A stretch of 64,000 bases of DNA from the NCBI GenBank assembly GCA_965222605.1, contig OZ244960.1:2784001-2848000 (forward strand). Direction: 5' to 3'. Source of the stretch: Candidatus Latescibacterota bacterium. Its GTDB lineage: Bacteria; Latescibacterota; UBA2968. The translations under genes and the position numbers were made by a program. The notes under the pieces are model-generated. The model had not been told where the DNA came from, ran no database searches, and was given only the letters and a program-made list of their open reading frames with translations. Positions 8,671 to 18,875 of this stretch are shown piece by piece (the first letter of the stretch is position 1; the number at the start of each line of letters is the position of its first letter).

Positions 8671-10677
8671 TCATGGATCGCAATGGATCTCGTGCCCTTC
8701 TCCGGGAAACCAGAAAACATCGACAAACACCCCCAGAAAAACCCCGGCGATATAGCCCATAATCATACCCAGGAAAAAGGGGGCATAGTGCCGATAGCGT
8801 TCCAAACCGCCCAACTTCATAATAATCGTCTTCACACCCCACATCAGGAATATACTGAAAGAATTATCCTGCATTTCGACCATGCCACAGATTGTAAATC
8901 CAATCGGATGGATCGGAAAACCTGGGAAGCGATACCGCAGAAAGTAGAGCGTCCCCGTAAAAATGCCGCCGATGCCCATAAACAAAAAGCGATTCCAGTC
9001 CGTAAACAGCACATCGCCCTGAATGCGGGACACCGCCAGACGACTAAAACCCGCCCCATTGAGGGATCCAATACCCTTAAATGTCGTCCGCCCAAAATTG
9101 GCACTGCCAATACCGTAATATCCCTGGTAGAGAACAAACCCCACCACCACCGCCGCGCCGAGCAAACACCCCACGAGCACAGTCGGTGCCACAGACTTGC
9201 GGCTGCGTTTTGCCATCGCCATGCTCAACCGAGGAACATGCGCCATCTGCGTCGTCGCAAACGTCTTCCCATCGGCGACAAGACTCATCGTAAGCGTCAA
9301 AATAGAAGCGCCAGCAGGCCCCAGGTTTCCAACGCCGAGAGCATGCCATGTAAATCCCTGCGCCGTCAAAGGCACCCGAAGATAGACCAGACCGCTCTCC
9401 ACGACAATACGGGACATCCCCACAAACAGAACGAGCATAGCAAACGACCATGCGAGAATCGGACCCGCCCCCATACCCGCGCGAAAAAGCCACAAAAAAA
9501 CAAAACCGCAACACGCCAGCAAGAGCCAGACTGCCGTGCGATAGGGCATAATCTCTTCGGAATCATCTACACTTTTGTCGTTCATAAAAGCTTTGCGAAA
9601 GACGTCTCGAAAATGAGACCGCGCGATCCAGAACCCCCACCCAACAAAAATGACCATCCCCCCAAATGTCATCCAGCCAATAGCTGGATGGCTCGAACTC
9701 CACGGATCGTTCGCGCCCAGATCCAGGCCAAAGCGGTTGAACAACCCCACCACACAGATCTGAACCACATGGAAAAACCACAGACTGAAGAGCACCTCCA
9801 GCTTGGTAAAATACCCCAGACAAAACGTGAGCAACACAAAAGTAGTGACAATACTCGGAAAACCCGGCGCAACCGAGATCACATGCCGCCCATATCGCCC
9901 GGCCAAAAATGGAAACATCGGCAAATTGACCGTGAACCACGTGAAAACATTCCACGCAATAATGGCAAACGTAAGACCAAATCCCCATTGAAAGAGCCGA
10001 TTGCGTACAAGCGTCCTGAGCGTACCCGTCGTACCAGAAACACCCGTGAGTTCCAGCAGCGCGGTAGCAACCGGAAAAGACAGCCGCTCGTATTCCATCC
10101 ACTGTTTCCGCAACAAAACGCTGAGACACAGGTGAATCGTCAAAATACTCGCAATCAGAGCACCCCACCAGAAAAGCACCGAAAACCACTCGCCCCACGG
10201 GAACGCGGCACCGGGCACTTGCCCCTCGTAAAATCCGCGCACGGCATCGCGGTTGGTAATCGTCGTCCAACTCGGCATATAGGGCAAGAGAAGCTCGTCG
10301 AACCGGTTCTCTGGCGATGCGTAATACGCCGGCATCGTGAGCATCTGCATGAACCACACCGTGAGCCACTCGCCCTGCATAGTCGATGCGACAAAGCCGA
10401 TACAGCAAACCGTGAGCAATTCCGTTGGAGAAAACCCGATACCGCGCCGCTCGAGGAAAGCGTTCAGAATCAGAAGACCGACAAAGGGAATGAGCATCGC
10501 CATCGAAAGATGCGAATGGTCAGCCCGCGTTGAATTCACGACAAAGCTGGTATAGGTCGGCCACAGGGGCATGAGCACAGCCATACCCAGCCCAATCAGG
10601 AGGGATCGTTTGGTAATAACGGAAGAGCCTTCGGCGGCTTCGCGTTTGGGAAGGCGCGGTTCTGGAGATGCAGACAT
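8671..10677 (-). CDS. Large multi-pass membrane protein, DUF6785/DUF6784-like putative transporter
   Basis: Many TM segments; LRKQWMEYERLSFPVA, RIVVESG, RYRFPGFPIHPIGF, FLMWGVK...GG...PFFLGMIMG. Start taken at ATG 10677, downstream of a REP-like hairpin. Confidence 0.75.
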   Translation of the reverse strand: MSASPEPRLPKREAAEGSSVITKRSLLIGLGMAVLMPLWPTYTSFVVNSTRADHSHLSMAMLIPFVGLLILNAFLERRGIGFSPTELLTVCCIGFVASTMQGEWLTVWFMQMLTMPAYYASPENRFDELLLPYMPSWTTITNRDAVRGFYEGQVPGAAFPWGEWFSVLFWWGALIASILTIHLCLSVLLRKQWMEYERLSFPVATALLELTGVSGTTGTLRTLVRNRLFQWGFGLTFAIIAWNVFTWFTVNLPMFPFLAGRYGRHVISVAPGFPSIVTTFVLLTFCLGYFTKLEVLFSLWFFHVVQICVVGLFNRFGLDLGANDPWSSSHPAIGWMTFGGMVIFVGWGFWIARSHFRDVFRKAFMNDKSVDDSEEIMPYRTAVWLLLACCGFVFLWLFRAGMGAGPILAWSFAMLVLFVGMSRIVVESGLVYLRVPLTAQGFTWHALGVGNLGPAGASILTLTMSLVADGKTFATTQMAHVPRLSMAMAKRSRKSVAPTVLVGCLLGAAVVVGFVLYQGYYGIGSANFGRTTFKGIGSLNGAGFSRLAVSRIQGDVLFTDWNRFLFMGIGGIFTGTLYFLRYRFPGFPIHPIGFTICGMVEMQDNSFSIFLMWGVKTIIMKLGGLERYRHYAPFFLGMIMGYIAGVFLGVFVDVFWFPGEGHEIHCDP

Positions 10678-10720
10678 AGATAAGGCGAGGATTTTGGGTT
10701 GGGATTGATGGTGGACCGCT

Positions 10721-10747
10721 GGGGACGGCACGGGGACCGTCCCCTAC
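10721..10747 (-). repeat. GTAG-type REP-like hairpin
   Basis: Minus strand GTAGGGGACGGTCCCCGTGCCGTCCCC, directly after the stop of the 10750-11733 gene. Confidence 0.7.
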
Positions 10748-10749
10748 AA

Positions 10750-11733
10750 TTATTCTTCATTAACCGCCTGAAGCAGCGCGTGGATGTATCCGTACGTGTA
10801 CGCAAAACCGACCTGCCTGGCTTCGGGACCAGAAATGCCCGGCACGTGATCGGGCATAATCATATACTCGTAGCCTACTTCCTTAAACGTCCGCAAAGCC
10901 TTGAGCATATCGACATCGCCCTCATCGGGAAACACCTCGACAAAATTGCGAAGCCCGCCCTTGATATTGCGGAAATGTACATTGAAGATTTTCTTGCGCT
11001 CTCCAAAATATCGGATCACGTCATAGGCTTCCTCAGCGGGATTATCCAGGCTCTCGGCCATACAGCCCAGGCAGAAATTCAATCCATTGTACGGACTATC
11101 GTACAAATCGACAAATTTCTTAAACCCATCCACCATACCGAGCACACGCGCAACCCCCCGATACGTCGTCCCATATCCAATGCCCGGATCCGAGGGATGA
11201 CACGCCATCTGAATTTTGTACTCCTCCGCCACAGGCATGATATTCTGCAACCAGTGATCAATGCGCGCCCACATCTCGTCGTCATCCGCAGCACCGCCTT
11301 CAAACTCGCCCAGAGATTGATCCAATTTGTCGTACTCGAACGACGACAGCCTCGCGTCCCCTCGACCATATCGCGGCTCTGTCCGCATATGCCCCAAAAT
11401 CGTGATATTGTAATTAAGCCCGCGCAACCCCGCTTCCGCCGCCATCCTGACCGTCTCACACATGCGCTCAATAGCGCGGTCGCGCTCGTCGCCTGGACCC
11501 AGGAAAATCGCGCCGGCTTCGTTTTTGAAAGCACTGCTAGAACCCAACGGAATGTGCATCATCTCGAGATTGATGCCGTATTTGTCAAATCGGTCGCGCA
11601 GGGATTTCATTACATCCACTGTCCACTCCGACCAGGGATCAGACGGTGTCTGATCGACATTAAACACCCCGAGTTGTGCCAGAACCTCGATATCCGTGTC
11701 GTTTCGACAACCCGCCTGTGTTCCGATATACAT
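10750..11733 (-). CDS. uxuA: Mannonate dehydratase-like protein (UxuA family)
   Basis: MPVAEEYKIQMACHPSDP, SPYNGLNFCLG, IFNVHFRNIKG, FVEVFPDEGDVDM, IMPDHVP. Confidence 0.8.
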   Translation of the reverse strand: MYIGTQAGCRNDTDIEVLAQLGVFNVDQTPSDPWSEWTVDVMKSLRDRFDKYGINLEMMHIPLGSSSAFKNEAGAIFLGPGDERDRAIERMCETVRMAAEAGLRGLNYNITILGHMRTEPRYGRGDARLSSFEYDKLDQSLGEFEGGAADDDEMWARIDHWLQNIMPVAEEYKIQMACHPSDPGIGYGTTYRGVARVLGMVDGFKKFVDLYDSPYNGLNFCLGCMAESLDNPAEEAYDVIRYFGERKKIFNVHFRNIKGGLRNFVEVFPDEGDVDMLKALRTFKEVGYEYMIMPDHVPGISGPEARQVGFAYTYGYIHALLQAVNEE

Positions 11734-11850
11734 GGTAGCCTCCAGATTGTGAAGTTAGACTCGCTTGATAACTGCGTACGCATAGTGCGTTGAATAGTCA
11801 AAATAAGCTCTTTTTATCAACTAGCAAATCAAACAGGGCACACATACACA

Positions 11851-11885
11851 ATCGCCCCTATGGGAAATACCAACATAGGGGCGAT
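11851..11885. repeat. Inverted repeat, REP-like or terminator hairpin
   Basis: ATCGCCCCTATG...CATAGGGGCGAT, 12-bp perfect arms in the intergenic region. Confidence 0.6.
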
Positions 11886-11913
11886 AGATGACAAAGACAA
11901 ATGTAGCGGCACA

Positions 11914-12915
11914 TCAATCCCAGGGAAGCGGAACCCCCAATCGCGCGCTAACCTCGCGTGCGTTTTCCTGTTCCATCTCGCCATAGCGAATACCCTCGGC
12001 GCGGTGGAGAGCCATGCGTTCTTCTTCAATCGCCCCCGGCAGCAACGCGCGGTCACTTCCCGGCATCGGCTCGTACGTCTCGCGCACCTCTCGCACCATG
12101 CGGTCTGACTCAGCCCGAAAGATCTCCTCGGGAATCGCATTATCAACGTGGATCGCAATAACACAGCCACCCGCACCTGACGCGCTCCATTTTTCTTTCA
12201 TCTCATAAGAAGACGGCAGACTGGTACCTGCCAGCCCACCACCCATAATCGAAGCCACAGCCGTGTACCCAATACTCTTAAAAAAAGCAGCCGGAATCAC
12301 CTCAAACAAAGCCTCAAACTCTGGTCCCCGCTGGTAATCCGCCAAAATACAAGTCGCCGCGTCGAGCACAATCGGAGGCTCATCCCCAGAGGGAATCGCA
12401 AAACATATTGGAGGATTGCCAAAATAGCCGAGTAGTGGTCCCCTCCCATCCGTCTCTGCATTGCCCTGCTGCCTGCCCTGCACGCAAAAACCAATACACC
12501 CCGCCTCGGAACACATCCGCGCATAGTGCCCCGCCGATCCAATATGCCCCACATGCCGCGCCAGGCCCATACCCATACCGACCTCCTGAGCTTTGCGAAT
12601 CGCGTGCTCCGCCGCGCGCACCATCGGGAGATACCCCACCGTACCATCCCCATCAATAACAGTACACGTCGGCGTCTCGTGAACCACCCGCACATTGGGA
12701 CGCGGATTGAGATTCCCATTTTCAAAACTCTTGCAATAGCCATTGACCGTGCGCGTGCCGTGGCTGCGAACGCCTCGCAGATCGCTATTGACCAGAAGGC
12801 GACTGATAACCCTCGCGTGATCGGTCTCGAGCTTGGCCTTTTCAAAACAAGCCGCGGCAAAATCCAGAAGGCGGTCTTCATAGACGTGAACAAATAATTC
12901 AGGAGGTTGGTTCAT
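11914..12915 (-). CDS. Ldh_2 family (malate/L-lactate dehydrogenase-like) oxidoreductase
   Basis: SDLRGVRSHG, VIDGDG, HIGSAGHY, GNPPICFAIP, LPGAIE. Confidence 0.9.
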   Translation of the reverse strand: MNQPPELFVHVYEDRLLDFAAACFEKAKLETDHARVISRLLVNSDLRGVRSHGTRTVNGYCKSFENGNLNPRPNVRVVHETPTCTVIDGDGTVGYLPMVRAAEHAIRKAQEVGMGMGLARHVGHIGSAGHYARMCSEAGCIGFCVQGRQQGNAETDGRGPLLGYFGNPPICFAIPSGDEPPIVLDAATCILADYQRGPEFEALFEVIPAAFFKSIGYTAVASIMGGGLAGTSLPSSYEMKEKWSASGAGGCVIAIHVDNAIPEEIFRAESDRMVREVRETYEPMPGSDRALLPGAIEEERMALHRAEGIRYGEMEQENAREVSARLGVPLPWD

Positions 12916-12945
12916 AAAAATAATCCAAAAGTGAAAAGTGGACCT

Positions 12946-13779
12946 CTAAGACCACAGATAAACCTCGGGGTCGTCCTCAGACATACCGATAAACGATGCC
13001 AGCACAACACGGGGCTGAGAGCCTATGACAAAAGGAACTTCGTGAATCGTCTCGGAATAAAAAAAGTAGAGATCACCCGGCTCCAGGCTGATCTGCACGC
13101 GCGCAATCCCCTCCTCCTCCGCGTATTCGCGAAACCGCTTCTCCTCGAGAGGGCGTTGAAACGCCGGCGACATAGGTGCCCTGTACAGAATACCCTCGCC
13201 GCTATCACCTCGATCTTCGCTATTCTGAAAACAGAGCACACCCGCAAACTGATGCATGAACCGGGAAACTGTAAAATTGTAGCGTTTGGACCGCTTGGAC
13301 ACGGAATCGTAATGCGGGTAATGCCCCACGCCCTCGTGATAAGTTCTAAAAATAGCGGGACCGTAAAGGCGACCATCAACGCTCCGAGCCGTCATAACCC
13401 GCTTGTCTGGAAGCATCCTGGCAAGCGCATCGTACAGCGTCTTTACGGGATCATCATACCCATCAAACAGAGATGAGAAAAGATCATGCGTCTGCCGAGA
13501 ATATTCGTAAAAGGCATCTGGATCATTCCCGTGGTGCCCCAAACTCGTACCAATATCGACCCGACGAGGACTACCATCACCCACCTTGCGCGGATCGTAG
13601 AGCAAACCGAGTTTGTAGAACCGCTCCATAAGTGCCGCACAGTGATCCGACGGAAACGCACGGCGCACAATAACCGCGGGTACCTCGCTCGCCATCATCG
13701 CATCGAACGGCCGCGGAACCTCCGCGAGAATCTCATCAACAGTACCTTCGACAGGGGACCAGATCGCTGTTTGAGACAT
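12946..13779 (-). CDS. 2OG-Fe(II) oxygenase superfamily protein
   Basis: HYD...H facial triad (PHYDS; TIHEV), LEPGDLYFF, R..LASF. Confidence 0.75.
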   Translation of the reverse strand: MSQTAIWSPVEGTVDEILAEVPRPFDAMMASEVPAVIVRRAFPSDHCAALMERFYKLGLLYDPRKVGDGSPRRVDIGTSLGHHGNDPDAFYEYSRQTHDLFSSLFDGYDDPVKTLYDALARMLPDKRVMTARSVDGRLYGPAIFRTYHEGVGHYPHYDSVSKRSKRYNFTVSRFMHQFAGVLCFQNSEDRGDSGEGILYRAPMSPAFQRPLEEKRFREYAEEEGIARVQISLEPGDLYFFYSETIHEVPFVIGSQPRVVLASFIGMSEDDPEVYLWS

Positions 13780-13798
13780 CGTGTTCTCCTCTCACAGC

Positions 13799-14890
13799 TT
13801 ACACAGAACTTAAAGGCTCTGAAATCGCGGCGATCTTCTCCTCATCCAATTCCATCCCCAGACCCGGGCCTTTGGGTACGATCACATAACCCTTCTCGTA
13901 TTGTATGCGCTCTTTCACCACATCGCTCTCGTAAAGCAACCCACCCGTTGGATCGCCCGGATAATCGAGATTTTCCACCACAGAACCAAACATCGCCTGA
14001 GCGGCCACGCCAATGGACAGCTCCTGCGTCGTTCCCACCAAACACGACAGACCAGCCGCATCGGCGACCTGCGCGATATGCAGCGCATTTGTGAATCCGC
14101 CCGCTCCCGACAAACTAATATTAAAAATATCGACATACCGGTGTCGGACAAACTGATAGGCGTGATCCAGTGAACTGACATGCTCACTGACGGGCAGATC
14201 AATGCGCTTTCGCACCTCGTATTGTCCCTCGAGATCTCTCCGGTCAGAAACGGATTCCAGGTGGAAAGGCCTGTAGTACTTCAGCAGAACCTCCAGTGCC
14301 TGCACGACCCGTTTCCATTTGTGCGCGCCGCTAAAATCAAGTGACTTCAATACGAACTGATCGCCCCAGGACGACTTCACGCCATCCAAAAATATCTCAT
14401 CTGCCTCCACATTGCCGCCGTGATACAGCCGAAACAGATCCTGGCCCTCTTTCATCCGACGATTGACCCGCGCAATATTCGCCTCGGCATCTTCCCTGGA
14501 ATAATTCCTGAAAATCGGATAACACACGCGCCACTTATCCCTCAGCGACCCGCCAAACACACCCGCAACCGACTGACCCTGAATCTTGCCGATCAAATCG
14601 AAAAGACCGATCTCAAACCCCGCTCGAATCGCCCCACCCATTCGAAACCGAGACCTCGCCTCTATCGCGATCGTACGCCACGCCAGCGGATCCCTTCCCA
14701 CGAGCAACGACTCGTAGGCTCCCTTGACATCATTGAGATCGTACATAACACCCCAGTCGCCCACATCGGACATCTCCCCCAAACCGATCAAACCCTCATC
14801 CGTATGCATGCGAATAATGACGTGACGAGATAATTGTCCAGTCTCACGCCTCGACGCAACAGGGGTCAAATCAACACTCGTGATTTTCAT
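13799..14890 (-). CDS. Mandelate racemase/muconate cycloisomerase family protein
   Basis: IRMHTDEGLIGLGE, IGLFDLIGK, SLDFS, HLESV, VSEH, VPKGPGLG. Confidence 0.88.
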   Translation of the reverse strand: MKITSVDLTPVASRRETGQLSRHVIIRMHTDEGLIGLGEMSDVGDWGVMYDLNDVKGAYESLLVGRDPLAWRTIAIEARSRFRMGGAIRAGFEIGLFDLIGKIQGQSVAGVFGGSLRDKWRVCYPIFRNYSREDAEANIARVNRRMKEGQDLFRLYHGGNVEADEIFLDGVKSSWGDQFVLKSLDFSGAHKWKRVVQALEVLLKYYRPFHLESVSDRRDLEGQYEVRKRIDLPVSEHVSSLDHAYQFVRHRYVDIFNISLSGAGGFTNALHIAQVADAAGLSCLVGTTQELSIGVAAQAMFGSVVENLDYPGDPTGGLLYESDVVKERIQYEKGYVIVPKGPGLGMELDEEKIAAISEPLSSV

Positions 14891-14991
14891 AGCGACTCTC
14901 CTTTACCAATGCCAGCCAAGGGGTGTACAACTCCGCCAAAAGTTCATCCACATGGTTACAGAACTCAAAATTAGTGGGATTGTGGACTAAT

Positions 14992-16770
14992 TCAATCCGC
15001 TCCAAATGACAGTTCAGTTTGCTGCGCGTTTGATGAAGATGGAAGAGATGGGGAAGGTATCTCATTCATACCTTTATCACCCACTGCGCTACACACTTCT
15101 CCCCAATCAATGAAATATTCGTCAAAATAGCGAATGGGATATTTGCTGAACTTAACAATATCCTCTCTATCGGGCTTCCGCCCCAGCCTGATAGCAATTT
15201 CTTTAACCTCGAGCTGTAGTGTTTTCTTGGGAACCTCGTATTTCTGTTTTTGTAAGCGAGCGACCCTGCTATTTTTTGCCTTTGGCGTTGTACCATTTTT
15301 TGCAAATGGATCCTTACCCTTTCTCAGATCCTGATGTCTTTCAGTAGCAATCGCGTGATATGTAGCCGAAAGTTCAATACCAATAAATTTCCTTCCAAGC
15401 ATCTCTGAAGTCAAAGTTGTTGTACCTGCACCATTGAATGGATCCAAAACGAGGTCACCTTCTCTGGTAAAAGTATGAATAAGCCGCTTCATCAACGCGG
15501 GCGGTAACTGACACGGGTGATCAACCCTTTTTGAATTGTGTTTCAGTCTGTGAATATCCCACCACAAATTGCCAATGGGTTGTCGGTCTGTAATTTTGAT
15601 TGCATTCCGTTTCTTAATGCAAGCACTCCTAACGCAATACCAGGGCTTAAGGCTCATACTCTCCTGAAAAATTTCCCAACTGGGTTCCTGTTCGTGATTG
15701 GCAATTTCAATTGGTTTACCTTTGCTAAAGCAGATAATACCATAATGTGCAGGCATGATTTTTCTAAGAGGTAAGCTCAATCCTTCCCAGACTATCCAAT
15801 CTTGATAATCTAAAATCCTTTTCGCAAAAGAAAAATGTCTAACGACCCAAAGCGGGATATTTATCATTGCAAAAGTTCGACCGGGTTTCAATATTCTGGC
15901 CGATTCTGCGATCCATTGATCACACCAGGAAAAATAATCAGTAATATCCTGTGCATCATCCCAACTGTCGTATTTCTTTTTAATATTATATGGGGGATCT
16001 GCAAAAATAAAATCTACGGAATTTTCAGGCATTGTTTTGAGGATATCCAGGCAATCTCCGTTGAGCAAACGGCTTTCGCCGGGATCATTTAGAACGTCAC
16101 CTGAAGTGTGAAGCAGTTTCACTTTCTCTTTAGTCGAGAACTGAAAAAAATCCCTGCCATCACAATAAACAAGTTGTTTGTGAGGCTCGAGTCCAAACAG
16201 ATCCTTTAGCCTGTTCAGAATCGCCTTCGGTTCTCCATCATTCTCGTAAGATATATCGCGCCAAATATCTGACATCAGTGTTCCATAGGGGCTATAAAGA
16301 TGCTTCTTGCCGCCATAGTCCTTTGTTGTTTTGTCACAGGCAGGGCAATAAGTATATGCTATTTGAGTTTTGTTATGTTTTAGAGAACTCTTGTAATTGG
16401 TAAAAACCAAAAGCGCGACCTGATCATCGGGCAAAGCACCTTGTCTCAATATTGCTTGCTTGCGTTTAACAGCAATCCAGAGTTTGAAATTGATAATATT
16501 CTGAAACTCTTCTATCACATAGCAAGCGATATGAGGATGCGTTAAAAAACAAATCACGCTTTCCTCTGGTAGCTTTTCGCGGAAACGGTCAAAATTTTGC
16601 TCGAAAAATCCTGTGGGGATTTTATTGTCAAAATCGACTTCCGTCGGCAAATGAAAAAGCCATATATCCGGTTGCGATGGTGTTGGTGATAATTTTGGAA
16701 AACCTTCAAACTTTCTCATAGAGATGCTTAAAGGTTTGCAGTCTTCGCTTCTATGTGCCATTTGAAACAT
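14992..16770 (-). CDS. Beta-class amino-DNA methyltransferase (m4C/m6A) with extra N- and C-terminal domains
   Basis: SVDFIFADPPYN, HPCQLP, VLDPFNGAGTT, RKFIGIELS (catalytic motif before SAM motif, i.e. beta order); about 230-aa N-terminal extension; start overlaps the REase stop. Confidence 0.92.
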   Translation of the reverse strand: MFQMAHRSEDCKPLSISMRKFEGFPKLSPTPSQPDIWLFHLPTEVDFDNKIPTGFFEQNFDRFREKLPEESVICFLTHPHIACYVIEEFQNIINFKLWIAVKRKQAILRQGALPDDQVALLVFTNYKSSLKHNKTQIAYTYCPACDKTTKDYGGKKHLYSPYGTLMSDIWRDISYENDGEPKAILNRLKDLFGLEPHKQLVYCDGRDFFQFSTKEKVKLLHTSGDVLNDPGESRLLNGDCLDILKTMPENSVDFIFADPPYNIKKKYDSWDDAQDITDYFSWCDQWIAESARILKPGRTFAMINIPLWVVRHFSFAKRILDYQDWIVWEGLSLPLRKIMPAHYGIICFSKGKPIEIANHEQEPSWEIFQESMSLKPWYCVRSACIKKRNAIKITDRQPIGNLWWDIHRLKHNSKRVDHPCQLPPALMKRLIHTFTREGDLVLDPFNGAGTTTLTSEMLGRKFIGIELSATYHAIATERHQDLRKGKDPFAKNGTTPKAKNSRVARLQKQKYEVPKKTLQLEVKEIAIRLGRKPDREDIVKFSKYPIRYFDEYFIDWGEVCSAVGDKGMNEIPSPSLPSSSNAQQTELSFGAD

Positions 16771-17782
16771 ATCCTACCATTGTCCCTGCAAGACGCTTGA
16801 TGTCGCCTTCACTAAAATTGACAATACAATCACTGTAGTCGATTAAATCTTGTACAAAAGAACGGCGTTCAAAATTACCTGCGCCATCAACGACATACGC
16901 AACCTTATGGCCTTTGTCATGAAGAAGCGTTTGTCTATCATATGCGAGTTTGGCCTTCCTTTCTACAACACTATTTGTCGTGAATTGAAAGCTCACTTCA
17001 ATACCCCAGGACGTGCTACCATCAGGACTTGTACCAACTATGTCGAATCTCGTATCTGTTCTGCCTTCATTTTGGCTGATACCGGGAATAGTAGATTTTG
17101 AAAAATCCCAACGCGGAAGATATTGTGCCAAACGTTCTTTAACATAGTCCTGAGCAAGATTACCCATCCTGTTGGATGTTGCACCCCCAGTAATTCGACT
17201 CACCCAAATATATCTTTCTTTGATGTATTTTTCTAATCGCGTTTTATCGCCAAGCATTGAGCCAATAATACATTTGTTTTCGATTTCTTCTGGCAAAGTA
17301 TTGGTTGACAAACTGCCAAATAGGATCAAGGTGCTTACATCAATAATATCATTTGTGAGAGTCCGACGTTGCTGAAGACCCTTTCCATCAAGCCCTAAAT
17401 TTTGATTGCTCCACTTCTTGCGCTTAAAAAGAGAAGTCATTTCATGCTCATAAACTTCATCGCGAAAGATAAATTGAAAATTTTCGTTTTGGAATTCCCT
17501 CGGAAGCTCTGTTGCAAAGCGTTTTAAGCTTTCTCCACCTATGTCGGATAAAATACACAGGTGTTTTAGGAATAGATTAGGATAGAGCGCATCCGTGAGA
17601 GACAAAAATTGAGTCCAGGCACAAGGATCTTTATCCGCAAGATGGAGTACACTGATAAAATGATCTTGCGTTGCGAGGAGCAATGGAATAATACTGGAAC
17701 TTCTCTCTTTCTCAGCTATCTCAGAGGGCCAATAGATCACAGCATTTTTTTTTAGTTCCTCTACGGTTCTGGGATAAGGCAT
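16751..17782 (-). CDS. Type II restriction endonuclease, BanI/HgiCI-like
   Basis: SSSIIPLL..QD.FIS, NLFLKHL..LSD.GGE, IKERYIWVSRITGGA.SN..G..AQ, FDIV...IEVSFQFTTNSVVERKA, DGAGNF match BanI as I recall it. Start at ATG 17782 (GGAG upstream); alternative 17797. Confidence 0.85.
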   Translation of the reverse strand: MPYPRTVEELKKNAVIYWPSEIAEKERSSSIIPLLLATQDHFISVLHLADKDPCAWTQFLSLTDALYPNLFLKHLCILSDIGGESLKRFATELPREFQNENFQFIFRDEVYEHEMTSLFKRKKWSNQNLGLDGKGLQQRRTLTNDIIDVSTLILFGSLSTNTLPEEIENKCIIGSMLGDKTRLEKYIKERYIWVSRITGGATSNRMGNLAQDYVKERLAQYLPRWDFSKSTIPGISQNEGRTDTRFDIVGTSPDGSTSWGIEVSFQFTTNSVVERKAKLAYDRQTLLHDKGHKVAYVVDGAGNFERRSFVQDLIDYSDCIVNFSEGDIKRLAGTMVGYVSNGT

Positions 17783-17870
17783 GACAAAACACTCCATTTT
17801 AGCCGAAACAACTATCTAAACCATTGAAAAATAAAAATTTAAAGTTTTTACTGAATTTCAATTCTATACT

Positions 17871-17899
17871 ATTATACTCTCACCTAACAAAATCATCAA
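17871..17899 (-). promoter_or_regulatory. Sigma70-type promoter for the R-M pair
   Basis: Minus strand TTGATG-N17-TATAAT. Confidence 0.65.
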
Positions 17900-18041
17900 G
17901 GGTATTTAAGCAAGTTTTTTGTGGTTACAGTTATTGGGCCAAGGACCGCTGATTTGTCAAAGGGTCGCGTATAGTGTTGTCACCTTAACCTCAAACTAAC
18001 GCATTTTTCCGGCAATATCAAGCACTTGATCGCTGATCGCT

Positions 18042-18875
18042 TTAATACTTTCGCGCCAGCGGATCTGCACCGAGGACATCGGAATGAGCAATTGCACTGC
18101 GGAGGGCTGTATAGAGAGGAAGAAGACACTCGACATTTTGCGCGAGGGATCGTATCACAAAAAGATCGGGCCTGGGGGAAGCAAAGGAAAGCAAGAGAGA
18201 ATGCTGCGAGGGTTTCAACAATGGAGCGAGCGTTTGGGAAAATTTTTCGACCAAATATGTAAAACTCACAGAAGTACCCACAACAAAAATATTAAAAACA
18301 ACATTATAAGCCCCAAAAGCACCTGTATGAGTTGGCGACAACGCACCCGGCTCGGAATAATAGCGTTCGATCAGAATCGGGCGTTTGGCCGTGTGAATAG
18401 TAATATCAGATCGATAACGCGTGTAAGCAAAATGCTCGCCAAAAGCCATGCGCCCAGCAGTATGACCATCGGCAAGCACCAGGCATGCGTCAGACCCCAG
18501 ATGCCACGTCTGCTCCTGCTCAAAAACACTTCGCGCATACGGAACAACGGGATCGGGCAAGACAACGGCAAGGCCCCCGCCTTCGACCGCACCGACAATC
18601 TTTTGTTTACACGGAATACCATTGGGACTCTTATAAACTTTGGTAAACGCCTGAGTACCCAGATAGAGGGCTGCCCCTTCACCACAACGCACGCGCAACG
18701 TCGTCGCATCCCCCTCGACCATACCGCCCCCATAACTGGAAAGCACAACAGCACAATAATCGCCCTGTGCGGCGGGATTGAGCAACTTCAAAGGAGCGAC
18801 TGAGCGACAGGCAGTAAGAACAGAACGAGAGCCATTGCGGGTCACTTCAATTCGGGAAGAAAGAGAAGACATCAT
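18042..18875 (-). CDS. ureD: Urease accessory protein UreD
   Basis: [35 protein letters not shown]; last gene of the urease operon. Confidence 0.9.
   Translation of the reverse strand: MMSSLSSRIEVTRNGSRSVLTACRSVAPLKLLNPAAQGDYCAVVLSSYGGGMVEGDATTLRVRCGEGAALYLGTQAFTKVYKSPNGIPCKQKIVGAVEGGGLAVVLPDPVVPYARSVFEQEQTWHLGSDACLVLADGHTAGRMAFGEHFAYTRYRSDITIHTAKRPILIERYYSEPGALSPTHTGAFGAYNVVFNIFVVGTSVSFTYLVEKFSQTLAPLLKPSQHSLLLSFASPRPDLFVIRSLAQNVECLLPLYTALRSAIAHSDVLGADPLARKY

Noticed and set aside
8440-10533. 697-aa plus-strand ORF
   Set aside because: Antisense shadow of the hydrophobic membrane-protein gene; R/H/K/P-rich with no motifs.
14871-15065. 64-aa ORF or gene remnant at the R-M insertion edge
   Set aside because: Overlaps the MTase end in another frame and has no recognisable motif; cannot be supported.
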